The position numbers and the translations under genes are program-made. Shown here in pieces: positions 36,785 through 48,860 of a stretch of 64,000 nt of DNA. Within the stretch, counting starts at the first letter, position 1; every line of letters starts with the position of its first letter. The notes under the pieces are model-generated. The model had not been told where the DNA came from and made no database searches. It was given only the letters and a program-made list of their open reading frames with translations. This DNA is from Gekko japonicus (Eukaryota), in the NCBI RefSeq assembly GCF_001447785.1, contig NW_015161518.1:4408-68407 (forward strand), read 5' to 3'.

Positions 36785-39120
36785 CTTTCTTTTTCTTTCT
36801 TTTTTTAATTTAATGTCAGATTAATACAAATACATAATCAAAGCTTCATTGGTAAGGAAACAAGCATTTAAAACAAAGCTCATCATGGTTTGGCCAACAT
36901 TTAAACAAACAGCAAAAACAGGTGTGGTGCACTCGAGACACAGAATGGCCACTTCAGCAGGGTTCTTAAAAAAAAAAAAAAAGGTGATCATGATTGGGAA
37001 ATGGACTTAGAAACACAGCAACAGAAACATCAGATTTCTCATTTGATTCATAAAAAATGGTAGGGGAGGGAATGGGGGCGGGGAAGGAAACCCCTTATCG
37101 GGTTTGAAATCTTTTGTTTTACAAAGAGTCCATATCTTTATAAGTCTCCCTTTAAGTCTCCCACATTCACAAACTGGCACAGTGGGTTGAAGCAAACAGG
37201 AAAAGAAATCAACGCAGGTTTTTATCACCGTAGAAAAAATAAATCCCCCTCGCCTTCGAAACGACTCGTGGCGCACAAGGAAGGGGACCGGGAACGCCTA
37301 TCAAAGCACTTGTGTATCCAGGCAGCGCACTTCTTTAACCACAAGGTCGATATTTATAATGGGGTTGAAGTATAAAGTCCAGTTTTTTAAGAGAAAAACC
37401 TAAGTATAACAGGATTGACTAGTCAATTGTGTCCTGGCTCCAGAGATCCCTCTGGGATGGTATTTCCCGGCATGGCATCCTCTGGAATTGAGCAGGCCAT
37501 CTCGATTTCTTCCACAAACTGTTCCTCCAAAACACATCCATTTACCCTCTTGAGGGAGCTCGTCACAGACGGAGTTTTGGCCTTTATTTGTCCATTTAAT
37601 TCTAATTGTATAGTTTTTGTTTGCTTCGCTGCGTCAGCTAATTCCTCCGCTAGGGATTTGGAATCCGCTATGGATGAAAGATGTTTATTAGGTGGGGAGT
37701 CTAATTCATAATCATCCTGTAGTAACTCTAGAGGGTCAGCTGACCTGTTTTTATTTTGATACAGTTTTCCCAAGTTGCCTGGGGAAGATGGACAAAGTAC
37801 ACAGTTGGTGCTGTGATTGATAGCCTGGGTTGATAGAGCCACTAAGTTCTCTATGGGCTCCTCTGTTTCCATGTCCTTGGAAAGTTCATGTGGAATGGTT
37901 GTTGTTTGCAGTTCACTTGGCTGGCTCTGTCTGATCTTAAATTGTTCCTGTGCCCCCAAAGAATGAGGGAACGTTTCAGGCTTTTTGTTTTGCAGAGGTG
38001 CCTGTTTCACAGTCCAAGGGGCTGGTAGCTTGGTGGTAGATTGTATAGATGTTTGGAGCTGAGAACACCTGGTTGAAGGATCAAGGTAAGCTGGCATAAC
38101 ATTTCCCAAGCTTGGTAAATCATTGCTGTTAAATGGAAGTGAACTCATTCTTTTTCTGCATAATGGGCGCATCATGTGATCTTTAAACACCCTTGTAACA
38201 TAAATTTGAAACCTTTGGAGATGCTCCCGCCTATTTAGAAGTTGAAGATAGAGTTCTCTCTGATTCAATGTTACAACCACCCTCCTATAAAACTGGTTGC
38301 TTGGGAGCCAGAAGCATTGTTTCAAATTCACCCTTGCAGAGTCTCTTGGCAGTAGCTGATTAAGTGAACTTTCCACTGCTCTCTTATTACCCCAATGGCC
38401 AAAGTTGATTCTTGAGTATCCTATGTTAAAAGCCAGCTAATTTTTTTGTAATACCCAGCAGTTCTTGCCGTGAGGGAAGAGAGGTTGAGAGTCTTCTGAT
38501 TCCTTAGTGTCTGTATTGTTTGTGGATTTCGCCAAGGTTAAATTTGTTAAACTAGAATGGGTGCACATCTCCTTCTTAAGATTTATCTCGTCTATTTTAA
38601 TATATAAATTAACCAGCGTTTCAGTAATAAGGGAGGTTTGTTTGAAGAGAATATTATCTTTACTTGCCTTTGCTGGGAGCTCATTTATACTCAGCTGTTC
38701 CTCAGAAGCCGCAGATGAAGTCTGCTGCTCTGCAGTGCTGTCTTGGATAGAAGTAAGAGTAGTTTATATCAGATGAGCATATCTGCTAGTAGGCAGCTGC
38801 TGGTTTAAATCCTTGTCATCCTTGTTTAAGGTAATCCCTTCCTCCTTGTCCTCCAGAAAATGTTCCATTCTCATTTGCTTACCGGCCTTGTGGGCTGAAT
38901 ATTCTGGGGAGGGTCGGCGTCTTCGGTTCTTTGCTCCCATTATAAAACTTCCTGATGTGAAGAGTTTCTCAAAGCTGCCTCCCACGGAAGCTCAAGGTGA
39001 AAGTGCCAACCCGTAACTATAAAAATAAAAGCTACTTAAAAAGTCAATAAAATAAAATCAGCCGGGAGCCTCATGTAACACATCTTACTCCTCTGCCGCC
39101 ATATTGGGTCTCCTTCTCCG
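36785..39120 (-). mobile_element. Retrocopy: LINE-like leader + ORF1-like frame + mRNA-like 3'UTR + poly(A)
   Basis: TSD GGCCAGATCC(C/T)TTTC at 36775 and 39121. A-rich tail preceded by ATTAAA on the minus strand. Interrupts collinear L2 sequence. Confidence 0.85.
37423..38940 (-). pseudogene. ~505-codon LINE ORF1-like reading frame with two in-frame stops
   Basis: ORF-track pieces 38764-38985 and 37423-38376 are in one frame. Manual translation from MGAKNRRRRPSP shows stops only at 38764-38766 and 38437-38439. Basic N-terminus, short coiled-coil-like segment, central RRVVVTL...IYVTRVFKD domain, low-complexity tail. ORF1 identity is an inference. Confidence 0.6.
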
Positions 39121-40603
39121 GGCCAGATCCTTTTCAGTGGTGGCCCCTACCTGGTAGAATGAGCTCCCGGAGGAGATCAGGGCCCTGTAGGACCTTTTGC
39201 AGTTCCGCAGGGCCTGTAAGACGGAGCTCTTCCACCAGGCATTCACATAGGGGCCGCCACTACCACCGCCACCAATGCGGTGGACAACATCGGGGTTAAG
39301 GATGGCCCGGGAAAATCCGCCACAATTTCTGCGTGACTGATACCACTGGATTTACCTGGTTAGGATAGGCTATAGGTTAACATCATCCCTGGAGAACTGT
39401 CTGTTTACCATCTGGCACGTATCCAGAGACCATCTTGTTTTTAAATTGAGTACAACTGTTATTAATGTCATTAATGTTTTTATTGTTTTTATCTGTTTTA
39501 TATGAGCTTTGCCCCTTGTAAGCCGCCCTGAGCCCGCTCTGCAGGGAGGGCGGGGTAAAAATATCAATCAATCAATAAATGGGGTAAGATCTCCTCAAGG
39601 CCTACTTACAGGAGAAAAGAGGGTGGGGAGGGCAGCTGTTAGGAGGGGCCACTCAGAGCCAAGATGCAGATGCAGAGCCGAAATTGCATCAGGTGACCAG
39701 TAAGATCAATGGATGGCAGCAAATTAGCATGTAAATGCAGGAATTAACAAAAAGATATGAGAATTAAGCCAGAGTCCAGCAGTCCCCCCCAAGACTGCTA
39801 AATTACAGATACCATCAATGATGCCCTAGCATTTAGGTGCATAGCTGAACATTGTCAATGCAGATCAGTTGTTCCTAACAGCTTTTACCATATCATTCTC
39901 ATAATCAAAGTGTGTGCTCAAAATGTGGGTCTTCTCTTTGTCTTTTAGTGCGTGCTTATAGATGAAGCTGAGAGTCTACTCCACATTGGTGGTTATTAAA
40001 CACACCAGGCGGTACACTAAACCAAAAAGTGTGATCTCGTGTATGTGCTCTTATTTGTAGACAAACATTATTTTCTATGTTTGAGGCTGTTGGTTCTGAT
40101 GCAGGGCTTGTGTGCATATGCCATTAGAATGAGGCTATATTTCTGGCGGCCCTAGAGGCCTCATTAAATTGTGCTGTGTGGTGTCACATTTCAAGCCTTG
40201 GCAATTTCTGTTGTCCCTTGTTTAGAATTAGATGTGCAGTTGCCTTAACTATGACCCAGAAGCAGTTTTGATATTACACGAAAACAATGCCCCAAATTAC
40301 TATCAAATTTCAAATAATTATAGGTCCACAGCACATTTTGTCCAAATATTTAGACAGGCCAAATAATCCTTTCCCCCATCATTTTATCTATTTATTTGGT
40401 TTAGTTCTTAAGCTGAAAAATGTGAGGATGCCTACCTATTCAGTCACTATATATAAAATTTCATCAGTGAACAAATGGTACCAACCAGTAGAGAATATAA
40501 TCCCATATAATCAACACTATCTATATTTGTGCCAGCCACCAAGCAGGAGGAGTATCATGTCTGTATAGTTTTAATTTAATGTCTGGCTAAAACACACACA
40601 CAA

Positions 40604-40721
40604 CAGTAAAACAAAGTTAGAGTCCAGTGGCACCTTTAAGACCAACAAAGTTTTATTCAGGGTGTGAGCTTTCATGTGCATTGACACTTCATCAGACGAT
40701 GAAATGGAATTACATATCATA
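40604..40721 (-). mobile_element. Penelope-like element 3' pLTR (probably continuing beyond the Gypsy insertion, ~44498-44680)
   Basis: AATAAAACTTTGTTGGTCTTAAAGGTGCCACTGGACTCT on the minus strand. Same family as 58474-58660. Confidence 0.75.
40661..40699 (-). ncRNA. Minimal type-I hammerhead ribozyme motif (Penelope-associated)
   Basis: GU-CUGAUGA-AGUGUCAAUGCACAU-GAAA-GCUC-AC. Conserved core boxes are intact, stem III is the palindromic AGCU, and stems I and II are weakened. Confidence 0.6.
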
Positions 40722-41117
40722 GTTGTTGAAAAGTACGCAGATGGAGAGTGATTTCAGCAAAGTGTACTTTATTCCATCAGGAACAAGACAACTTTGGCCG
40801 GCTTGCAGGCCGGCTTATATTCCCCGAGAAACCGACACCCAAAACACCCCCTCCACTTCCCAATAGGTGGCCGAGAGTCCCATAGGCTCTCAGCCGGGAA
40901 CCTAGCCCCCTGATTGGAGCAGGCTAGGATCTGCATAGTCCATTGTCTCTTGGAGCGAAGCTCGACGTTTGTGCCTGACCGCGTGGCGCCCAAGCCGGCC
41001 ACGCGGTCTGAACTGGATACATTACACACCCCAGGTCCGCAATGCACCCGCAGACAAAGTCCTTCAGGTGGGCAGGAAACTTCCTGGTGCAGGTACAGCG
41101 GCAAAGTTCGGGAACTG

Positions 41118-43160
41118 CTACGGCCTCCCCCCTGAAGCCCTTGGAGGCGAGATGGCCAGAAGAGGCATTGGGGGCAGCAGTGCCGGCGTTCCCGGTGTCT
41201 CTGGAGGAGGTGACTTGGGTTCGACCAAGGAAAGAGGCCGGGGCTTGGCCGCCGGTGGTTGGGTCTGGGGTGAGGTCTCCGGGGCCTCGGCCATGTCCCA
41301 GTCCTCGGGATCCAATGGCATAGTCTGGCGGTGTAGCTGGTCAATGTGCCGGTGTAGAATGTGCCCATCTTCACACGAGACCTCATACGATCTTGGGCCC
41401 TTAACTTGTATGACTTGTGTCTGGATCCAGGCTGGTCCCTGGGTGTAGTTCTGTGCATACCCGGGATCCTCCGGGAAGAAACCCCTGGCTGCCTCATGCG
41501 TCTCCATGCCTGGTGCCTCTGCCAAGGCCCGGTCGGGGTGCAAGCGATCCAACCGGGTTGCCAGGCAGCGACCTAGAAGTAGCTCTGCGGGACTGCGCCC
41601 CGTAGTGGTGTGGGGCGTCGTTCGCTGGCCGAAAAGGAAAGCCACCAGTTTATAATCCCAGTCCGGTGAGTCCAAGCGGCGGAGAGCGTCCTTTGTGGTT
41701 CTGACCATGCGCTCGGCCTGGCCGTTGGTGGCAAGGTGGAACGTGGCGGATACCATAGTAACTCGTGAATTCCTGGAACTCCGCGGACGTGAATGCCGTC
41801 CCGTTGTCTGTGACCAGCATGTCTCAGATTCCTTGGGCGCTGAAGATCTGCCACATTGCCCAGATGGCTGCCTTAGAGGAGGTGGAGGGCACAGGAACTA
41901 CCTCCAGCCACTTGCTGAAGGAATCCACCAGGATAAAGAAAAGTTGCCCCTGGAACGGTCCCACAAAGTCCAAGTGTAACTGGGACCAGGGGCAGTGGGA
42001 AGATTCCCAGGCCCATTCTGGGGCTTGGGGAGGCTCGGGCCGGGACGCTTGGCAAGGTTGACACCACTTCACCATGTCCTCTATGTCCCGGTCCATCCCT
42101 GGCCACCAGACGTAGCTCCGGGCTAAGGCTTTCATGTGCACCACCCCGGGGTGCGCTTCGTGAAGGGCGGTGAGGACCCGCTCCCGTAGGGGCTTTGGAA
42201 TGACCACCCTACTTCCCCACATGACACAGCCCCTGTGGACAGACAGCTCATCCTTCCAAGACGCAAAGGGCATTACGTCAGGGTCTCCTTTGGCTGCGGG
42301 CCACCCCCTCACCACCCAGTCCAAGACCCAGCAAAGTACCTTGTCCTTGGAGGTGCCACGAGCCACCTCTGCGACGTAGACTGGCCGATCCGGAAGGGAC
42401 TCCAGGAGAGCCATCTGGTGGGTGGGAGCAGGATCCGGGGCACAGACTGGCAGCGGCAGGTGGCTCAGGGCATCCGCATGGCCCATCGCCTTGCCAGGGT
42501 GATGGACAAGAGCATAGAGTACCCCGAAAGGAAAATCCCGGGTGCGACCGAGACTCCAAACTGGAGGCGGTGAACCTTGAACGCCCCCCTATGAGTTCTG
42601 ATTGTTTGGGCTTCGGCCATGGCAGCATCAACCGGCAGTTGTTGATATGCCTGGGCCAAGTCCAATTTGCTGAAGACTCGGCCCCCCGCCAAAGCCGGCA
42701 ACACATGGCTCACCACTGGCACCGGATAAGCGTGTGCCTGCAGAGCCTTGTTTAGCGTGCATTTATAATCTGCACAAATGCGCACATCCCTGTTGGGCTT
42801 CACTGGGGTGACTATGGGGGTCTCCCACCGTGCCGACGCAACTGGTCCCAGAATCCCTTTTTCCACTAAGTGATCTAGCTTGGCCTCGATTTCAGGTTTC
42901 TTCCTAGTGGCGGCAGCCTGGCCTTGACGCGAATGGGCCACACCGCCGGGTCGAGATTCAGAGAGATGGGGGGCCCAGAGAAGCGTCCCAGGGTGCCATC
43001 AAAAATGCAGGGAAATTCTGCACACACCGCACCAAAATACCGTGACCTGGTGGATTCCATTGAGAAAGAGTCCCAGGGCCTCAAACCAAGAGAGTCCCCG
43101 CAGGCTGGAAAGAGGCCTATTCACCACCAGCAGGTCTAGGGTGCCATTAAAGTCTTGGAA
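41118..43160 (-). pseudogene. Gypsy pol: RT N-half joined to integrase (RT C-half and RNase H deleted), frameshifted
   Basis: WETPIV, RICADYK, FSKLDLAQAYQQ, RLQFGVSVAPGIF, then directly LSGY...HADALS, HEAHPG...WWPG...CQPC, HLDFVGP, NGQAERMV. Confidence 0.9.
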
Positions 43161-44240
43161 TTAAACCCGGAACTTGCCCCAGCCCAGCACCACCACGGGG
43201 TTCTTATTGAAGTCCCTTAATCGGAAACCCCGTGGCTTCTGAAGGGGCAGGCCCCCCTTCGGACACAGCATGCGGAGCGTATCCATGGAGATAATGGAGT
43301 AGGTCGACCCTGTGTCGATCTCCATGCTGCAGGGGTATCCCTCTATAAGAACCGTGATATGCATCTTGTTGGGGCCATCGGGGGGCAAGTTACAGACCTG
43401 GTGTTGCGGGAAGTAGGCCAATATGGTGTGGAGGTCGATGGGCGACTCTGGCATGGTCTGGTGGGCGGACGACTTCTGGCATTGTCCCTTGGAGCGGCAA
43501 ATCCGGGAAATGTGCCCCGATTTTTTGTAGGTCCGGCAGACTGCATTTTTGAAACAGCATGACCGGCGCTCGTGACCCTCTTCGCAGCTGGCGCATGGGG
43601 CAGAGGCGGTCGAAGAGGCTTTGTCTGCGTTGGCGGACGGCTGAGACGATGGATGACAGACCTGGTGCACCTCGTCCGAGGCATCGGAGCCAGCTGTCAC
43701 TTGTGTGTGGTGGACTGCCTTGGTGTGGCGGTCTTGGTGGGCCTTGTCGTATGTAGTGGCTTCCCGGATTACCTTCTCCAGGTCCAGGTTGTCCTGGTTT
43801 ACCAGCTTCCTCTGAAGCTTCAGCTCTCTTAGTCCCACAAGGAACTGGTTGAAGAGAGTTTCAGCTAGGTTTGAGAAGGAGCACCTGGTCATGCCCTGCC
43901 GCAGAGCTGCCAGGAAATCTGAGGCGGTCTCGTCGGGGCCCTGGACCTTCGTGAAAAAGTCCAGGTGCTCCATAAACTTTGTTGGTTTGGGAGCCAGGTG
44001 ATTGGTCAGCACCTTGACCAAAGAGCTGTATGACTCGTCTTTGGTCAGCTTGGGCGCTATTAAGTCCTTAAGCAGGAGATGGGTCTCCATCCCACAGTGG
44101 CGCAGCAGGTACGCCTTTTTTATACCTGGATCCACCACTCCGTGGATGGTGAAGTGGCTCTTGAGAGTTTCCAGCCAGGTTTCCCACTGCAAGGGTTGGG
44201 AGATGTCGAAAACTGGGAGGCTCTCTGATGCGGCAGCCAT
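43161..44240 (-). pseudogene. Gypsy gag-protease
   Basis: MAAASESLPVFD..., two Cys/His knuckles (CASCEEGH; CRTYKKSGHISRIC), aspartic protease motif MEIDTGSTYS. Confidence 0.9.
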
Positions 44241-45205
44241 CTTGCGGGTGCCACGTGGAAGCGAGCAGCATAGATGGTGGAGCGGTGCGGTGCTGCTCTC
44301 GGGGTCAGCGGCATGATGCTTGGAGCTCGGGAGCGGTGCGGTGAGCTGGCGGCGTGGCAAATTCGGTGCGGCAGCTCACTGCGATGTCCAGAACGTGGTC
44401 TCTGTTCAGAGGGAGATTAATCCCACCTTCGTCGCCAGTGAAAAGTATGCAGACGGAGAGTGATTTCAGCAAAGCGTACTGGATACATTACAATTGTATA
44501 TATAGGAGTGGTTTGTTAACTTAGCATGCAAAATAGTGAGGACACATTTTCTTTTTTTAACAGTTCCTGGTTGTCATCTGTTTTGGTTCAACTGGGGGGA
44601 AAAACAACATAGGTAATAAATATGTTAGAACTGGAGACTGATGTGCCCTAATTTGTGAGAATCCTGTCCTTAAACCCCATCCATCTCCTTTCAAGCATGG
44701 AGCTGAATTTTACAGCATCTTGGGTGTGTAAGTTAAGTAACAGTAAGTTAGGATCATTTTTAGATCCAAGCACATTTTCTTTCTTTCTTTCTTTCTTTTT
44801 TTTTTGAAGCCCCCAAAGGGGGATTTTTTTTTTTTAACAACTACAAAAACTACTACTGTTGTTGATCTGTTGTTTATCTAAATGCTTGTCTTGCTTGGAT
44901 TGGTATAGCGGGGAAGTGATGAACCTCTAAAGATGGGGAGGGGAACAAATGAGCACACACGTTTGCAATAAAGCATATCTGGTGCAGGCAATATACCTCA
45001 GAAGAGCAGAAGCAAGAGGCAAAATTTACAGTCACTGCACATTTTCAAGTTCCAGATAAATTGGCAGAAATGGGCGTTTTTTTGATAAGCTCTGCCGAGA
45101 AGAAAATAGCATAGCTTTTGCAGATAGAAAGTTTTGCCTCACCAGTGATTCAAAGTGTTTTCAAAAGGTGGACAAGAGTGACCCTGTAAACAAAATATAC
45201 TTGGG

Positions 45206-48200
45206 CAGGGGTGGACTCTGAAGTTAAAATGACTCAGGAGCCAGCCAAGCTGTGTTGCTCCTTCATAGGGTTGCCAGGTCCCCCCGCCCCCCGCCAGGGG
45301 AAGGGGTATAGGGTTACCAGGTCCAGGTTGGCAAACTCCTGGAGATCTTAGGATAGGGCTTGGGTAAAAAACCAGATTGATCTCTGTTTATTGTTTCCAC
45401 TAATACTTTTTTTCAGTCTCTGTGCCAAAATTGATGCATAAATCTTATAATCCACATTTAAAAGTGAAATCGGTCTATAATTTTTCATTTCTTTCTCATC
45501 CGAGTTATGTTTATGAATCAAAGAGATAATTGCTTCTTTCCATGTCTCTGGGATTATACCCTGTTCTCTCGCCATATTGCACATCTCCTTAAAAGTCAGT
45601 GCAATTTGTTCTTCAAACACGAGATAAAATTCTATCGGTAGACCATCCGGTCCCGGAGCTTTCCCTCTATTTTGTCTCTTTAATGCTTTAACCACTTCCA
45701 TCATTGAAATTGGTTGATTTAAAATTTCTCTTTGCCCTTCTGTGAATTTCCACAATTGATATTTTTCCAAATAGCCTTTGATTTTTTTCGATGCTCACTG
45801 ATGCTTTCCCATATAAAGTTTTGTAATATTCCTCCATTGCTTTTTAAATTTCCTCATTCCTATACATTTCTTTCCCTTCTTTTCTCAATACTTTAATAAA
45901 AGTTATTTCCTTCTGTTGTCTAATTTTATATGCCAACCATCTTGAAGGTTTGTTTGCATTTTCAACAAAATTTTGTTTTACAAAGAATAGTTTCTTTGCT
46001 ACCTCCTCTTTCAATAGGCAATTCATTTGATGTTGTAACATTTTGAGTCTTCTTTTCATTCATCATTATTCACTTTAGTCATCATAATATTCTCTTGAAG
46101 ACTTATCTGTGTTTTTAGGCTTTCATACCTTTGTTTCCTTTGCCTATTTACTTTTGGTACTTCTTGTATTAACATTCCTCTGGAAAATGCTTTCATTGCA
46201 TCCCATACCATCTTTAGAGATGTTTCTTGGTTTTTATTTTCTTTAAAGAAAGCTGTCAAATGAGGCATAACCTGAGAACTTTGTTGAATGTACTTGAATA
46301 TTATGAAATACATCATGAGACTCAGATGGCGATAATCTTTCTAGACGCAGAGAAAGCATTTGACAATGTTAACTGGATTTTTATGGTGGAAATGCTACAT
46401 ATGCTAGAAGCAGGAGAAAGCTTTACTACAATGATTCAAACAATATATAAGGAACAATGATTCAAACAATATATAATGGGGAGCTCTCAAATAGCTTCGA
46501 GAACCAGAAAGGTACAAGACAAGGTTGCCCTTTATCCCCACTCTTGTTTATTATGGTATTGGAAGTTATGAATGAAGCCATAAGAAGGGAAAGTAAAATA
46601 ACTGGACTTCAATTAAAGAAAGAACATTTTAAAATCTTAGCCTTTGCAGATGATGTGGCACTAATATTGGAAAATCCGACGGAAACAGCAGGGGCTTTGA
46701 TGGAAAAGATTGAAGAGTATGGGGCAATGTCAGGCTTCAAAATAAATGCAGAAAAAACAAAAATCATAACTAAGAATATGGAGGATAAACAAAAAGAAAA
46801 ACTACAAGAAATTACGGGATGTTAGATAGTAAAGAAAGCAAAGTACCTAGGAATCACGGTTACAAATAAATGCAGTACACTCTATGAAGACAATTATAAA
46901 GCCTTACTACAAGCAACTAAACAAGATTTGGAGAAATGGAAAAATCTGCAACTTTCTATGATGGGAAGAATAGCTACAATAAAAATGAACATTTTACCAA
47001 GATGGATGTTTTTATTTCAAACTATCCCGATATTGCAGAACCAAAACTTGTTCAAAGACTTAAACCAATTAACATCTAAATTTATATGGCAAGGGAAAAG
47101 GGCAAGAATAAGATTGAAATTACTACAGGATACAAAGGAAAGGGGAGGATTCGGTGTTCCAAACTGGCTGCTGTATTATAGAGCAGCAGCCCTGGTATGG
47201 ATCAAAGAATGGATTACACTAGAAGATAAGAGGCTTTTGAAAATTGAAGGCCATGACCTACTGTTATGATGGAATGCCTTTTTGTGGTATGAAAAAGCAG
47301 GCTCACAAAAATACTTCAAGCAGCATTGGCTGAGAGCAGCACTACTAAAGGTCTGGGACTCTATACACAAAAACTTTTACACTAAAAGATCGAGATTAAT
47401 AATACCTTTAGAGGCATTTACTTTACCAAATGTTTATATGGGAGAAGAATCATTAAGATACCAGGGCATTTTGGACAAAAAAGATAATCTTAAATTACTA
47501 GAACAGTTTTCCTGGTGGAAGAAAGCACAATTGGAATCAATATACTTAAAGGACAAGAGGCTAGGATTTAATGATAAAATGACTGAGTTGGAAGAAACTA
47601 ACTGATAAAATATCTGAGTTGGAAGAAACTATGTTAACAGCAGAAAATAAAGTGATAAAGAAATTATATAAGATTTTATTAGATGATGTGATGATAGACG
47701 AAATGGTGAAAAAAATATGATTGCATGGGCCCAGAATCTTGGGCGTAATATTAACTTTGAGGAGTGGGAGCAGATTTGGTTGAAAAACATTAAATTGACT
47801 AATGCTGTATCACATAAAGAGAATATGTATAAAATGTTTTATAGATGGTATATTACACCAGATAGACTAGCTAAACAAAACGTTACTTGCTCAGATTAAT
47901 GTTGGAAATGTAAGAATAAGACTGGTTCATTTTATCAAATGTGGTGGCTGTGTGATGTTACAAAAAGGTTTTGGAGATGGGTACATGAAATAATGCAAAA
48001 AATAATAAGAACTAAGGTCCCATTTACTCCAGAGATATTGTTATTGAATATATTTCCGAAATACTTTGATAAAGCAGATAGGTATTTGATTCTTCATTTG
48101 TCAACAGCTGCAAGGATTTTATATGCTAAATATTGGAAAACAATGGAGATTCCAACGAAACAAGAATATGTGAACAAGCTGTTTGAAACGGCTGAGAATG

Positions 48201-48860
48201 ATAAATTGTCGGTGGAGATGAGAGCTGGAACAGAATGGACTTTTCAAAAAACTTGGAAGAGATTTTATGACTGGTATAATATAAGCGTAATAACCTGATG
48301 GTAATTTGAGTATGCAGAAAAGATAAGCTAGTAAAATAGATAATGAGATTAGAAATGTAACAAATAGATAATTGAAGGATAGGAGATGGAATAAGCCTCC
48401 TGTTATATGTTTAATGTTTGTTAGTGTTTATGTTTGTTTTCATTTATGTCTGTAGTGTATAAAGGAAAAATAATAATAAAAGTGTACCTTTGGGTACTTA
48501 AAAAAAAAGGATGGGGCTTGGGGACAGTGGGATACAATGCTACAGAAGCATCCATTTTCTCCAGGGGAACTGATCTCTGTAGTCTGCAGATGAGCTGTCA
48601 TTCTGGGGGATCCCCTGGAGGCTGGCATCCCTATTCATTCTTTGCTTTAATCCCTGCACCTTCAGCAGCACCAGCGATGGATGTTGGCTCACCCATTGTC
48701 TCCTCCTGCAAACCGGTTACAATATGGGAGGAAATAGTTGATGACAGTGCTTGAAGGGCTACTAGGGCTTGGCTGTGCTTGCTCTTGGCTGTTAATGGTC
48801 CTCCACCACTGTAGCCTGCCAGGAACTTTCCTGGTAAATTAAATGGCCACTCCACCCCTG
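45206..48860. mobile_element. hAT-family MITE carrying a nested TAGGG-MITE (45266-48633) and an L1
   Basis: TIRs CAGGGGTGGA / TCCACCCCTG. Perfect 8-bp TSD TACTTGGG at 45198-45205 and 48861-48868. Confidence 0.9.
45365..48508 (+). mobile_element. 5'-truncated L1-clade LINE with 5' inversion (45365-~46250 minus, ~46251-48508 plus)
   Basis: Minus part: VWDAMKA...GKAPGPDG...YRPISLLNVD...GFL. Plus part: CQMRHN...LDAEKAFD...GTRQGCPLSP...FADD...CCHC. AATAAA and poly(A). TSD GGAT(A/G)GGGCTTGGG at 45351-45364 and 48509-48522. Confidence 0.93.

Larger units (their letters stand above)
34150..39579 (+). mobile_element. L2 LINE (pieces 34150-35694, 36653-36784, 39121-39579) interrupted by two younger insertions
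   Basis: PFQSGFRPGHGTETVL, LDLLAAFDTVDH, GVPQGAVLSP, YADD and SRLDYCNALY. 3' end GTAAGCCGCCCTGAGCC...GGGCGGGGTAAAAAT(CAAT)n. Confidence 0.92.
40727..44492 (-). mobile_element. Ty3/Gypsy (Mag-like) LTR retrotransposon, internally deleted
   Basis: 3' LTR at 40727-41026, 5' LTR remnant at 44439-44492 (TG...CA). TSD GTTGT/ATTGT. PBS TGGCGACGAAGGTGGGATT complementary to the tRNA-Ser(GCU) 3' end. gag, PR, RT and IN remnants. Confidence 0.95.

Noticed and set aside
40769-44316. Many overlapping and antisense ORFs in the GC-rich Gypsy (also 34392-35044 and 53155-54996)
   Set aside because: Shadow ORFs of retroelement coding strands with no independent evidence.
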